Shown piece after piece: positions 17,820 to 27,628 of a stretch of DNA of 55,229 bases. The stretch is taken from positions 62,001-117,229 of IMG/VR virus record IMGVR_UViG_3300012147_000007. One strand, 5' to 3'. Every line of letters begins with the position of its first letter. The first letter of the stretch is position 1. The notes under the pieces were generated by a model, which saw nothing but the letters and a program-made list of their open reading frames with translations, had not been told where the DNA came from and searched no databases. Origin of the DNA: an uncultured virus (IMG/VR IMGVR_UViG_3300012147_000007) (taxonomy: Duplodnaviria > Heunggongvirae > Uroviricota > Caudoviricetes). Position numbers and translations under genes: made by a program.

Positions 17820-20800
17820 TTATATATCTAATCCAGATTCAATGTCAATCATTACATTAGTTCCTTGAGCCACTGCTGCACCTGCCGCAACTGATGCTGC
17901 CGTAGGTTTATCAATAGGTATTCCAAGCTTATCTGGAAGCCCGTACCACTTAGAGCCTTTTCTGCTATCATATTGAAATTGCGCTTTCCCTGGTCTATAT
18001 TCCCAGTGCCATTCTTCAGAAGTCACAGTTCTTACGAACCCAAACTTATAAGCATTTAAAACAAGCCATTCATAAATAGGCATTATAACACCTCCAAATT
18101 TAGCACCCTTACAGTTGAGGTCAATTGCAAGTCCTGAATTGTGATTAGAATATCCTGGACGTGCTGTTGCTGGGTCGAAATTACCAGAACTTGCAGTTCT
18201 TAGATAATTATCATCATTCTTTTTGTTTTTATTTATTACGTTCTGTTTTCTTAAATTATACTGAGCAGTAGATATAAACCTTCCATTACCATCTATAACA
18301 TTATTAAAAGGGTCTCTATACCCACTACTAAGATGTAAGTCAATTCCATCTGCTACCGCAGCTATTTGCATAGCTTTATATGCAGACAATATCTGAGCGG
18401 TTAATGGATATTTGTCAAAAATATATAATTGTTCAGAACCGATAACAGCACCACCCGACCATAGGTCTCTAACCCCAAGAGAAGTATCATAAGAAGATGT
18501 CAATTCATTCAATGGTAATTTTGGCACAGAAAGAGCCACTGGTCCTCCTGAATTTCCATTTACAAATTCTTGACCAAGATAATCTGCTGCATTTGCAGAG
18601 AAACTACCAGTCACAGCAACAAGAGCTTCTGTAAAGTTCTTTAAAGCATCTCTTGCAGCTTGGTCAAACCCTTGAGGAATAGCAAGAGGAGCTTCTGATT
18701 CTCCAAGCGCCCTAAATGTATCAAGCGTTACTGGCTTAATAGAACCATATCCACTACCAGGAGAGAATCTCATTCTAATCCCCTCTAAAGATGTGTCCAT
18801 ATTATTTGGTGATATAGAGTGCTTAACTTTCATAACTTGATAAAGGCCTCCAAACAATGGAGAATTTTCAAGGAAGAAAAATTGCATTGGATAAACTTGA
18901 GAATTACCAAGAACATCAATAGTCGCTTTGTATGAACGACCAGCAAGAACAGGAAGCATTGAACAGTCTGTTGTTACTTTTTTGTTCTGATTTTCATTGT
19001 CAACCAACCTTTGAAGGTTGACGATGCTTTCGGCAGTAACTTTATTATCTTCAGTTCCAACTGATATGTTTTTTACGATTTGATTATCTGGATGACCATA
19101 CTTAATAACATATGAACCAACATTGTAGGCTTTTTGCTTATCACTAAAAGCAATTGAAGTTCCGTCAGCATTCTTTGTCTTAGTCCTTGATTCTGGGGTT
19201 GGAGTAAATAATACGTGAAAGAAATTTCTAACCTGAAGATTTGCAAGTTTTGAGCTTGGGCTCCAAATGTTAGCAACATCCAAGTATCCTGGATTTCCAG
19301 GAATTGGAATAAATAAAAAGTTATTCTTGGAACACACCTGTTGTATTATATTCAAAATACTTGTATTAGCATTTGGCTTATAAAGCGGTTCTAAATTTAT
19401 AATAGAATCTCTTACAACAATTGGCTCCCCTGGATTGTTAATCCTTTGCATAGGATAATCATATACAAAAGTTCCGTTTGGAACTCCTTGAGCGCTTTGT
19501 GAACTTCCTATGTTTACAGAAACCTGGTCTGTTCCTGGTGGAAATAGTTCAACTAAATCTTCTGCAGTAGCATCTGTACCCTCAGCATATTCTTCTTTAG
19601 TTACCCAAACTTTTTCATCCCTTAAAAGGTCTACGTGATTATCTCCAAACCTTGCCTCAAGAGCTTCAGCTACATTAAACACCTTAGCTTTGGCATCATC
19701 CCCTTCTGCCCCCTTGTGTTCATCAACATCTCCACATAAAGCTCCGTTGCTATCTATGTTATCGCTATAGGATAGCGACTGCCATTGATGGAACAATACG
19801 TGCATTTGCTTATAAATAGCAGCCTCGCTATCTCCAGCCTTACCTAATACTTCTCCAATAATTTGATTTCTCTTATCAATAATGTCATCCAACTTCTGAA
19901 GAAGAACGTCACACGCCTTTCTAACAAAAGCTCTATGATTTCTCCCACTTTGACTTGGGCTAAAAATTCCAAATACAAGACCAGAATCTGGGTCAGTACC
20001 ACTATGTGCCGCAATTGTATACCCTATGTTTCCAGTGTAATCAACACCGTCTTGATTTGTTGTTTGGTTTGGGTTATCTTGCGGATTTTCTTTAATAGAA
20101 TTATTCCATTTAATATTTGTTGCCGCAAAAAGCGTAACCAAAGGGTCTTTAGAGCCGAAAAAACCTGGAGCTGGGTCTTTCATCTCATCAAAATCAACTA
20201 CATTTCCAGCTCTACTTTGAGTCGTACCATCTCTATATCCCACAAGAGACCCTATTCTGTTAAGTATAAACTTAGGAGAGTTATCTAAAGCAGTAGTTTT
20301 ATCTCCCTCATCTCCGTATTTAGCATTAATAGGGACATATCCAAGCGGTTCATTTTGACCAGCATCAGTAATGTCTTTATCTGAATTTTTAAACTCACCA
20401 TCTGTTGGTGCAGAATTAGCCTCTTGAGCTCTTTTGTTGTCTTCTCCTCTAAAAAACACAGCCATGTATTCATTGCCATTTGATGTCGGGAATGTATAGC
20501 CAATTCTATTATTTACTATTCTTGTTGCTGTATATTTACTGTCAACAAAAGATAGTGGATTTTGAGCATTTCTAATTCCAGAAGGAGAAAGACTTTTAGC
20601 GTCAGACAGCGAATTACTTTGATTGTTTGCTAAATTTTGAGCTTCGTTTTGAACTGCCTGTATTTGGTCTTCTCTTTTAGACTCTTCTTCCTCATAAGTA
20701 TTAAATACAAGATTTCCATTTACAAGAGTCACATTATCTCCTAAAAAAACCTCAGGAACAGCAAGCTCTCCCCATATCTGCTTGAATGTGAGTGTCTCAT

Positions 20801-22841
20801 ATCCAAGAGCTGCATTCTCTTCTTTTGTTCTTAATTGTATCTCATCATCTTCGCTGGCTTCAAAAGCGTCTAAAACATTAGGAAACCCATCATCTCCAGC
20901 AGGGTCTGAAGGGCTTTGTAAAACTACTTGCCAATCATCTGGGCTTTGGTTTCCAAAATAACTCATTCCAGACCCAAGAAATGCTGTTGTAGCTGCTGCA
21001 TCTGCAAACCCAAATCCTCCTGGAACTATTTGAAGGCCTGAATCCCCATTTGGATGCGCCATTGATGCTGCGTCTTGAGTAAATGCGTTGGACATAAAAA
21101 GGCAATACCTTCTTAATAATAAAAAATCAACATCAGAAAGGTTTCCAAGTATTGAATCAGTTATGTTCTGAATATCCCTCTCTGCAAGCTCTTCAATTGA
21201 CGAAACATCATCTCTATCAACTTTCCAAATATCTCCACCAAAATCTCCTGGTAAATTTGGGTCACTACTTCTTGTCATATAAGCAACAATGCCACCCCTA
21301 ACAAGTATGTTTGATGCTATGTTTGGATAATATGATTTATAAGGATTTGAGGATGACATTTCAATGTTATTAATCCTTTGCTTGAGTGCTGCATCATCTT
21401 GTCCAGACTGAGCGTTATTTACAAGCAAATCTTTTGCAATACCCTCACTAATAGCAATGATAAAATTTTTTACAAACTCCATTTCGTGTTCGTCAACACC
21501 AATTTCAACACCGTCAGCACCTTGTGCTCCTTCTAAATTCTTCTTTGTTGCTGGAAGTTCATCTCCATCATCATTCAAAACCAAAGGAAATGATTCTCCA
21601 ATAAGAATTTGCTTATTTACTAACAACTCATCTCTGGCCGCTTGTCTGTCACTACTCCCTCTGTATCCATCAAGTCCAGCATCAAGAATACTTCCCATTA
21701 AAAAGGCAGAATCTTTTGCTATTTGTGAAAATATTTCTCCTATAGTAATTTTCTCAAGCTTCTTTTCTGATGAAGCAAAAACTCTCCTTTTTATTTCATC
21801 ATCAATCTTTTGAAGATTGTCTGATATAAGACCGAGAGTTTGAGTCTTAGCTGAATCAATTGGAATTCTAAGCGTAGGATTATTAAACGCCTTATTAAAT
21901 GAAGCGAAATTACTTGTTACAACACCAAACCTCGTAAATCCATTAACATTTACTCCGTTTGCATTTATCTTAAGAGATAATAACAAATAAGTATTTAATG
22001 CATTTAAGGTTGTTGCCTCTTTAAGCTTGCTCTCAATAAGTGGTATTGAATTTACGTCATCTCCAAAATCAGCTATATTAGGAATTGTAATAGTTTGAAA
22101 TCCTACTACCGACTGATTGTTTACAGAGCCAATAACTTCTTCTCCAGGTTCTAAAATATTTGTAACAGTAAGAGCTCTACCTAAGTTAGACTTCATGCTA
22201 CCCAGTTTCTTAACCAGGTCATCAAACTCTTTTGTTGTATCCTGTGTTTTAACCTCAACCTGCTTACCTATTTTAATAAGGTCAAAGATGCTTGTTACAG
22301 CATCATCATTTCCTGGTCCAAGCCTATCTTTTCTTAATCTTTTTGCTGCAAGCAAATATAAGAAAGGTAAATCAGCAAAGAATCCCCATTGATTTGGTAC
22401 AAACTCGCATTTAACGTCATAAGAGCCATCGCTTCCATTAAATGAAGTAGATGTCCTCTTTAGGTTAAGTAACCACGTAGACGGCTCCCCAAGGTATCCC
22501 TTGTAGGAAAATAAGAACTTTGGTGGTGGCCAGTTGAATAATACAGAATAGTCAATAGAAACATTGCTATCTGTTGGATGCCTGTCTTGACCTCCGAAAA
22601 TAGTTTGACCATACAAATCTTTAAACACAATTGTTACAAGAGGTTGTAGTGAAGTGTTAATCTCAATATCAATTGATGTGATACCAAAACCAACGCTTTG
22701 TCTGAAGAATTCTGCACTAAACAGTTTTCTTCCAAGAAAATCAAACGTACTCCCTCCAACGCAAGCTTCAAGCCTAACGTCAATAAAGAGGTCTTTCATA
22801 CGAAAACCATCTGGCTGTGGATTTACTGGTGCTCTTCCCAT
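17820..22841 (-). CDS. Large baseplate hub-like protein with C-terminal M15B (VanY-like) peptidase
   Basis: N-terminal FGITSIDIEINTSLQPLVTIVFKD...PPKFLFSYKGYLG; hub-like RSYKATIDVLGNSQVYPMQFF...GLYQVMKVKHSI; C-terminal SSGYRD, ARPGYSNHNSGLAIDL, EEWHWEY. Confidence 0.8.
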   Translation of the reverse strand: MGRAPVNPQPDGFRMKDLFIDVRLEACVGGSTFDFLGRKLFSAEFFRQSVGFGITSIDIEINTSLQPLVTIVFKDLYGQTIFGGQDRHPTDSNVSIDYSVLFNWPPPKFLFSYKGYLGEPSTWLLNLKRTSTSFNGSDGSYDVKCEFVPNQWGFFADLPFLYLLAAKRLRKDRLGPGNDDAVTSIFDLIKIGKQVEVKTQDTTKEFDDLVKKLGSMKSNLGRALTVTNILEPGEEVIGSVNNQSVVGFQTITIPNIADFGDDVNSIPLIESKLKEATTLNALNTYLLLSLKINANGVNVNGFTRFGVVTSNFASFNKAFNNPTLRIPIDSAKTQTLGLISDNLQKIDDEIKRRVFASSEKKLEKITIGEIFSQIAKDSAFLMGSILDAGLDGYRGSSDRQAARDELLVNKQILIGESFPLVLNDDGDELPATKKNLEGAQGADGVEIGVDEHEMEFVKNFIIAISEGIAKDLLVNNAQSGQDDAALKQRINNIEMSSSNPYKSYYPNIASNILVRGGIVAYMTRSSDPNLPGDFGGDIWKVDRDDVSSIEELAERDIQNITDSILGNLSDVDFLLLRRYCLFMSNAFTQDAASMAHPNGDSGLQIVPGGFGFADAAATTAFLGSGMSYFGNQSPDDWQVVLQSPSDPAGDDGFPNVLDAFEASEDDEIQLRTKEENAALGYETLTFKQIWGELAVPEVFLGDNVTLVNGNLVFNTYEEEESKREDQIQAVQNEAQNLANNQSNSLSDAKSLSPSGIRNAQNPLSFVDSKYTATRIVNNRIGYTFPTSNGNEYMAVFFRGEDNKRAQEANSAPTDGEFKNSDKDITDAGQNEPLGYVPINAKYGDEGDKTTALDNSPKFILNRIGSLVGYRDGTTQSRAGNVVDFDEMKDPAPGFFGSKDPLVTLFAATNIKWNNSIKENPQDNPNQTTNQDGVDYTGNIGYTIAAHSGTDPDSGLVFGIFSPSQSGRNHRAFVRKACDVLLQKLDDIIDKRNQIIGEVLGKAGDSEAAIYKQMHVLFHQWQSLSYSDNIDSNGALCGDVDEHKGAEGDDAKAKVFNVAEALEARFGDNHVDLLRDEKVWVTKEEYAEGTDATAEDLVELFPPGTDQVSVNIGSSQSAQGVPNGTFVYDYPMQRINNPGEPIVVRDSIINLEPLYKPNANTSILNIIQQVCSKNNFLFIPIPGNPGYLDVANIWSPSSKLANLQVRNFFHVLFTPTPESRTKTKNADGTSIAFSDKQKAYNVGSYVIKYGHPDNQIVKNISVGTEDNKVTAESIVNLQRLVDNENQNKKVTTDCSMLPVLAGRSYKATIDVLGNSQVYPMQFFFLENSPLFGGLYQVMKVKHSISPNNMDTSLEGIRMRFSPGSGYGSIKPVTLDTFRALGESEAPLAIPQGFDQAARDALKNFTEALVAVTGSFSANAADYLGQEFVNGNSGGPVALSVPKLPLNELTSSYDTSLGVRDLWSGGAVIGSEQLYIFDKYPLTAQILSAYKAMQIAAVADGIDLHLSSGYRDPFNNVIDGNGRFISTAQYNLRKQNVINKNKKNDDNYLRTASSGNFDPATARPGYSNHNSGLAIDLNCKGAKFGGVIMPIYEWLVLNAYKFGFVRTVTSEEWHWEYRPGKAQFQYDSRKGSKWYGLPDKLGIPIDKPTAASVAAGAAVAQGTNVMIDIESGLDI

Positions 22842-22843
22842 AT

Positions 22844-23149
22844 TTATCCTCTATCTCTTGTTGCAACAATTTTTATATTCACTTCATTCAATACATCCTG
22901 AAGCGGGAACGGAACCCTAATCGCAGTATTGTCTGGAATATCAAACTCCATAAAGTATTCTGGATTGGCCCAAAGTATTAACCTCCAAAACGTTTCATCT
23001 CTATATATATCTCCAGCAATAGTATCTAACCTATTTTTTTGTTGATTGTATATAATGACTCTATCGGTATGTCTCTTTTTTATTAAAACAGGAGGCATAT
23101 CTTTTAATTTGTCGTTTGACTTTAATAGACTGTAGAAATTGAATGGCAT
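22844..23149 (-). CDS. Baseplate wedge / LysM-like protein (T4 gp53 or P2 gpX-like)
   Basis: RLDTIAGDIY....WRLILWANP...IP....IRVP; position in the baseplate module. Confidence 0.8.
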   Translation of the reverse strand: MPFNFYSLLKSNDKLKDMPPVLIKKRHTDRVIIYNQQKNRLDTIAGDIYRDETFWRLILWANPEYFMEFDIPDNTAIRVPFPLQDVLNEVNIKIVATRDRG

Positions 23150-23210
23150 AATTATTTACTTTTCTATAAATAATAAGAATAAAAAAAGTGAAAACAAAGC
23201 CTATTACAGA

Positions 23211-26200
23211 TTATAATCCACGAAGTGGACTATACATACCTCCAGCATCAGTTGCAAGAGGCGGAGCTGCATTGAATGACTTGTATGGCCCAATCATATT
23301 GAAGTTAAGAGAAACAAGAACCCACATAGGCTGAACTCTTCCACCCTCAAGTGTCCATGGAGCATCTGCATAATCAAAACTAACGCTGTTTACAACAATA
23401 TCATGGTTCCACCAATCACCAAGGTGAATGTGACAAATAGGAGGAGTAGTAAATGAGAATCCAGTTTCTGAACCATTATCATTTGCAGCTGGCCTTGTAA
23501 GTTTAGACAAGAACTCAACTTTTCTTACGAAGTCAATCTTATCTCCAGAGAAATAGGCAGGCTGGAACATCAGATTCTTTTTCATCGTATTTATTCTCTT
23601 TATAGTATCTTCAGGCTTACAAGCTGTCTCTCCATTAATAAACTCTTTCTTTATTACATCTATATTATAAACGTTTCCAGCATTCGTGTTACTCTCAGAA
23701 TAATCTGTAAGACCATTAAATTTATTATCAGCTTCCCCTATTGCATCATTAACTTTTCCAGCTTCTGTCTTAAGTTCTTGAGCTCTTTTATCCAGAATAC
23801 CAGACTCAACCTCATTATTTTTCTTCTGCTCTTTATTAAAAATTGCATCTTGAGCATTTTTGGCCTTATTCTTAGCAGCAATAGTCTTTGTTTGAAACCA
23901 TCCGAAAAAATCGTCTTGTTCTGTAGATTGCTCTATTTCTTCTTGTTTTGATTCAATAGCTGCTCCTTCATTTTGATTTTCGTCAATTTTTTTAGAAAGC
24001 TCTATAGCATCATCTTTTTGCTTATTTTGTTCAGCCTTAAGAGCTTCAATTTGATTTATTATATTTGTGTTTTGAGCCTTATCGCTATCAGTAAAGTGTT
24101 TATCGAAAGTTGCAGCAACCTTTTCCATACCTTCACTGTCCCAATCTCTACCAACATCAACACTTTGAGCGTAATCTGTTAATACGAAAAAAGAAATAGA
24201 CGCATCTCTACTTGAATTGTTGTATGTATACACAGCCTCTGGTCTACCAAGGAAATTAACTGAATTCCAGTTGGCGTTCTCAGTATTTTGCATACTCATA
24301 ATATAAGGAGGAAAATGAAACTGTTCCTCACTTGCATAATTTTTTATAAAGAAAACAAGCTTACCAGCATCTGAAGGCGCATAAGGATTCGCTACTGTAT
24401 ATCTTTGTCTTGAGATTCTTGGGCTACCATCTCTCTTAACACCTGTTATGTAAGCTCTATTGTTTTGTGGGTCAAAGTTTGGAGCAAGAGGTTCGTTACT
24501 TGCCTTAATAGTGTTCACAATATGTTTTACACCTCTTTTTCCAAGGAAGAAATCTTCATCCTCATAAGGGTTTCCAATAGATGTCTTAGCCATCATTGAT
24601 TGCGCACTACCAAGTACTGCATCGTTTGCAGTTGGTCTCAATAAATCCATATTACCACCACCACCTTGATAGTAGGCGCCTCCATTTGCTTGTATTACTG
24701 AAGCTGGAGTTGTATTTGTTCTCAATTGAGACAACCCTCTAAATGAACCAATTGTATTTGAAATCAACTCCTGGAAACCATCTTGATTGAATGATTCTAA
24801 CTCTCCAAGAGAAGAAGGGTCTCCCGCTTGAAGTCTGTATAAATTAAACGCACTTCTTTCTAAACTATAATTTCTAATAGTTGAAGTTACTTGACCCTCT
24901 TTAAATGGTACGTATGTTTGTCTCTTAAAGAATGAATCTTCAAATTGACCACCTTTTTCTCCTATTGGATTAACAGAATAAAGAGCATCACTAATCACTC
25001 TTGGCCTTCTTCCAGTTGGAAAATCTACTTTTTGACTGGTTCCATATAAACCTTGAATTTCGTTACCTTTCGTGACGATATAATCGTCAGTTGAGAAAAT
25101 AGCCTTTGCTGTAGGCGTGTAGTATGGGTCAAGACGTGTATAATCAACTTTGTTAGTGTTTATACTACCTTGAGTAATTCTTCCTAAAGTCCAGTTTTCA
25201 TTGCTCGATGTATATTCATTATTTGAAACTTGCCATCTATTTGAAATCTTATTGTTATCTCTAAATACTTCTGAGTCTGTTTCTAAATTTGTGTTCTTAG
25301 AAACATTCTTAGAAAGCAATAATTGTCTTAAAATTATACCTTGAGTAAATACTCTTGATATACCCAAGAATGCGCTGGTCCCAGCTCCATTAACATTTAC
25401 TCCAAGCAATCCATATCCAGCATTTTTTGCAATAGCATCTGTTCTATATGTTGACGAATCTGTAAGAAGATTTTGAGCCAACGGAACATTAGAAGAAACA
25501 GCGTTATCTCTAAATGCAACAGAATCAGCAAGTATACTTGAATTATTTGGAACGTTAGCCGCAAGGTCTGTAGCTCTATGAATAGCAGAATCAACACCAA
25601 GGTCACTTGTACTTGGGACGTTAGCTGATAAATCATCATCTCTAAAATCTTCTGAGTCAGTTAAAAGATTTGAACTATTAGGAACATTAGCAGAAAGGTC
25701 ATCAGTTCTAAAAGGAGCTGAGTCATCTAAAAGGTCACTAAAGTTTGGTACATTTGTCGCTAAGTCATCATTTCTAAACGGAACTGAATCTACCTCCAGG
25801 TCACTAAAATTTGGCGAGTTAGCAGAAAGGTCATCAGCTCTAAATGGAACTGAGTCTACTTCTAAATCCGTATCAATTGGTGAATTAGCAGAAAGGTCAT
25901 CTAATCTAAAGTTTGCTGAATCTATCTCAAGGTCGCTTAAATTTGGAGTGTTCAACGACAAGTCATCATCTCTGAAGACAACTGAGTCTGTTTCTAAATC
26001 TGTAAAACTTGGAGTATTAAAAGAAAGGTCATCGCTTCTAAATGGAATTGAATCTGTTTCTAAACTACTTTGAACTGGTTTATTTAACGACAAGTCATCA
26101 GCTCTAAATTGAGTTGAGTCTTTTTCAAGGTCTGATTGAATTGGTTTGTTTACAGACAGGTCATCAGCTCTAAATTGAACTGAGTCTGTTTCTAAACTAC

Positions 26201-27569
26201 TTTCGCTCGGCTTGTTTGCAGAAAGGTCGTCAGCTCTAAATTGAACTGAGTCTGTTTCTAAATCGCTTAAATTAACTTTATTTGCTGACAGGTCGCTATC
26301 TCTAAATGGAACTGAGTCAAATTCTAAATTGCTTGTATTTGGTTTGTTTGCCGAAAGGTCATCGCTTCTAAATCTCTCAGAATCTTTTTCAAGGTCTGAA
26401 TTTTTGTTAGGATTTAAAGCCAGGTCATCTTCTCTAAACTGAGCTGAGTCTGTTTCTAAATTTGTAGGATTAGGTCCGTTTTTAGAAAGTAGTTCAATTC
26501 TTTTTTCATCACCAATTTCATCTAATCCAATAGAGCCTTCTCCGCCTTTTGAAAGATTATTGTTTCTATATATTTCAGAATCAGCTTTAAGGTCAGAATC
26601 GTTTGGAACATTCTTATGAATATTATCTCTTCTGTAAAGTTCGTTATCTCTTTCTATATCAGTTTTGTTTGGAACATTTCTGTTCAAATCTTTCTCTCTA
26701 TACTGATTTCTAATATCTTCAGTATCTCTAAGAAGGTCTTGGTCCTTTGGTGGATTCTTACTTAAATCACCTTTTCTAAATGCACCAGAGTCTTTTTCAA
26801 GGTCTGAATCATTAGGAGTATTCTTTGCAATAGATTGGTCTCTCTTAGCTTTAGAAATATCGTCTATATCTTGCTTCTTAATACCTTCAACATTTTTATG
26901 AAGGTTTCTTAACCTAAATGATTCAGAGTCCTTCTCAAGGTCTGTATCTATAGGTACGTTCTTATGAACATCATTCTTTCTATATTGATTTCTAAATGAT
27001 TCAGAATCTTGAAGTAAATCTTGGTCCTTTGGTGAATTTTTTGCAATAGCATTCTCTCTAAAAGCTTGGCTATTTTTATCAATATCATCGTTGAATGATA
27101 AATTAGGGTTGTTCTTCGCTAAATTGGTTCTTCTTAATTGTTCTGAATCTTTTTCAATATCAGATTTCTTAGGAGAGTTTTTTGCAATAAGATTATTTCT
27201 ATAAGCCTCTCCAGACCTCATTAGATTATTTTTGTCATCTTGTATTTTTGCTCTTGCAAGCATTGAGTTTCTAAAATCTTCAGAAATTTTTGCAAGGTCA
27301 GTTTCATCAGTAACCAACTTAGCAATCAATTTATCTCTTATAATTTTTGCATCCTCTTCAAGATTTGACTTAAATGGAGTATTTTTAGACAATAGAGTTT
27401 CCCTTGTTCTTGGATAAAGAACATCATAAACGCTGGATGGTCTGACAATAGTTTTAGCAAGAAGTCTTTGTCTTGCGTTAGCCGAAAATTCTTCATAGTA
27501 TTCTCTTAGCTTCTCCTCTTGTCTGGCAGCATCATCGTTTGGGTCAAATAAAGGGAATCCGTCTTCCAT
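23211..27569 (-). CDS. Tail tube initiator / baseplate protein (gp48/gp54-like C-terminus) with a long N-terminal repeat array
   Basis: FPPYI...ENANWNSVNFLGRPEAVYTYNNSSR..SISF and PPICHIHLGDWW..DIVVNSVSFDY...QP; lies between the tape measure and gp53-like genes. Confidence 0.75.
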   Translation of the reverse strand: MEDGFPLFDPNDDAARQEEKLREYYEEFSANARQRLLAKTIVRPSSVYDVLYPRTRETLLSKNTPFKSNLEEDAKIIRDKLIAKLVTDETDLAKISEDFRNSMLARAKIQDDKNNLMRSGEAYRNNLIAKNSPKKSDIEKDSEQLRRTNLAKNNPNLSFNDDIDKNSQAFRENAIAKNSPKDQDLLQDSESFRNQYRKNDVHKNVPIDTDLEKDSESFRLRNLHKNVEGIKKQDIDDISKAKRDQSIAKNTPNDSDLEKDSGAFRKGDLSKNPPKDQDLLRDTEDIRNQYREKDLNRNVPNKTDIERDNELYRRDNIHKNVPNDSDLKADSEIYRNNNLSKGGEGSIGLDEIGDEKRIELLSKNGPNPTNLETDSAQFREDDLALNPNKNSDLEKDSERFRSDDLSANKPNTSNLEFDSVPFRDSDLSANKVNLSDLETDSVQFRADDLSANKPSESSLETDSVQFRADDLSVNKPIQSDLEKDSTQFRADDLSLNKPVQSSLETDSIPFRSDDLSFNTPSFTDLETDSVVFRDDDLSLNTPNLSDLEIDSANFRLDDLSANSPIDTDLEVDSVPFRADDLSANSPNFSDLEVDSVPFRNDDLATNVPNFSDLLDDSAPFRTDDLSANVPNSSNLLTDSEDFRDDDLSANVPSTSDLGVDSAIHRATDLAANVPNNSSILADSVAFRDNAVSSNVPLAQNLLTDSSTYRTDAIAKNAGYGLLGVNVNGAGTSAFLGISRVFTQGIILRQLLLSKNVSKNTNLETDSEVFRDNNKISNRWQVSNNEYTSSNENWTLGRITQGSINTNKVDYTRLDPYYTPTAKAIFSTDDYIVTKGNEIQGLYGTSQKVDFPTGRRPRVISDALYSVNPIGEKGGQFEDSFFKRQTYVPFKEGQVTSTIRNYSLERSAFNLYRLQAGDPSSLGELESFNQDGFQELISNTIGSFRGLSQLRTNTTPASVIQANGGAYYQGGGGNMDLLRPTANDAVLGSAQSMMAKTSIGNPYEDEDFFLGKRGVKHIVNTIKASNEPLAPNFDPQNNRAYITGVKRDGSPRISRQRYTVANPYAPSDAGKLVFFIKNYASEEQFHFPPYIMSMQNTENANWNSVNFLGRPEAVYTYNNSSRDASISFFVLTDYAQSVDVGRDWDSEGMEKVAATFDKHFTDSDKAQNTNIINQIEALKAEQNKQKDDAIELSKKIDENQNEGAAIESKQEEIEQSTEQDDFFGWFQTKTIAAKNKAKNAQDAIFNKEQKKNNEVESGILDKRAQELKTEAGKVNDAIGEADNKFNGLTDYSESNTNAGNVYNIDVIKKEFINGETACKPEDTIKRINTMKKNLMFQPAYFSGDKIDFVRKVEFLSKLTRPAANDNGSETGFSFTTPPICHIHLGDWWNHDIVVNSVSFDYADAPWTLEGGRVQPMWVLVSLNFNMIGPYKSFNAAPPLATDAGGMYSPLRGL
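25420..27440 (-). repeat. About 30 tandem 22-aa (66-bp) repeats, consensus SDLExDSxxFRxDDLSxNxPxx
   Basis: Counted in the translation; DNA period visible as gtc(a/g)tcagctctaaattga near 26094, 26160 and 26226. Confidence 0.92.
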
Positions 27570-27628
27570 TAATTAGTGTTTCTTATAAATAATAAAAGAA
27601 AAAAATTCAGGCATTAAATTAAAGCCTT

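Noticed and set aside
25420..27440. CRISPR array (66-bp periodicity)
   Set aside because: The repeats are in-frame, vary at codon positions and lie inside one long ORF; there is no constant repeat with unique spacers and no cas gene
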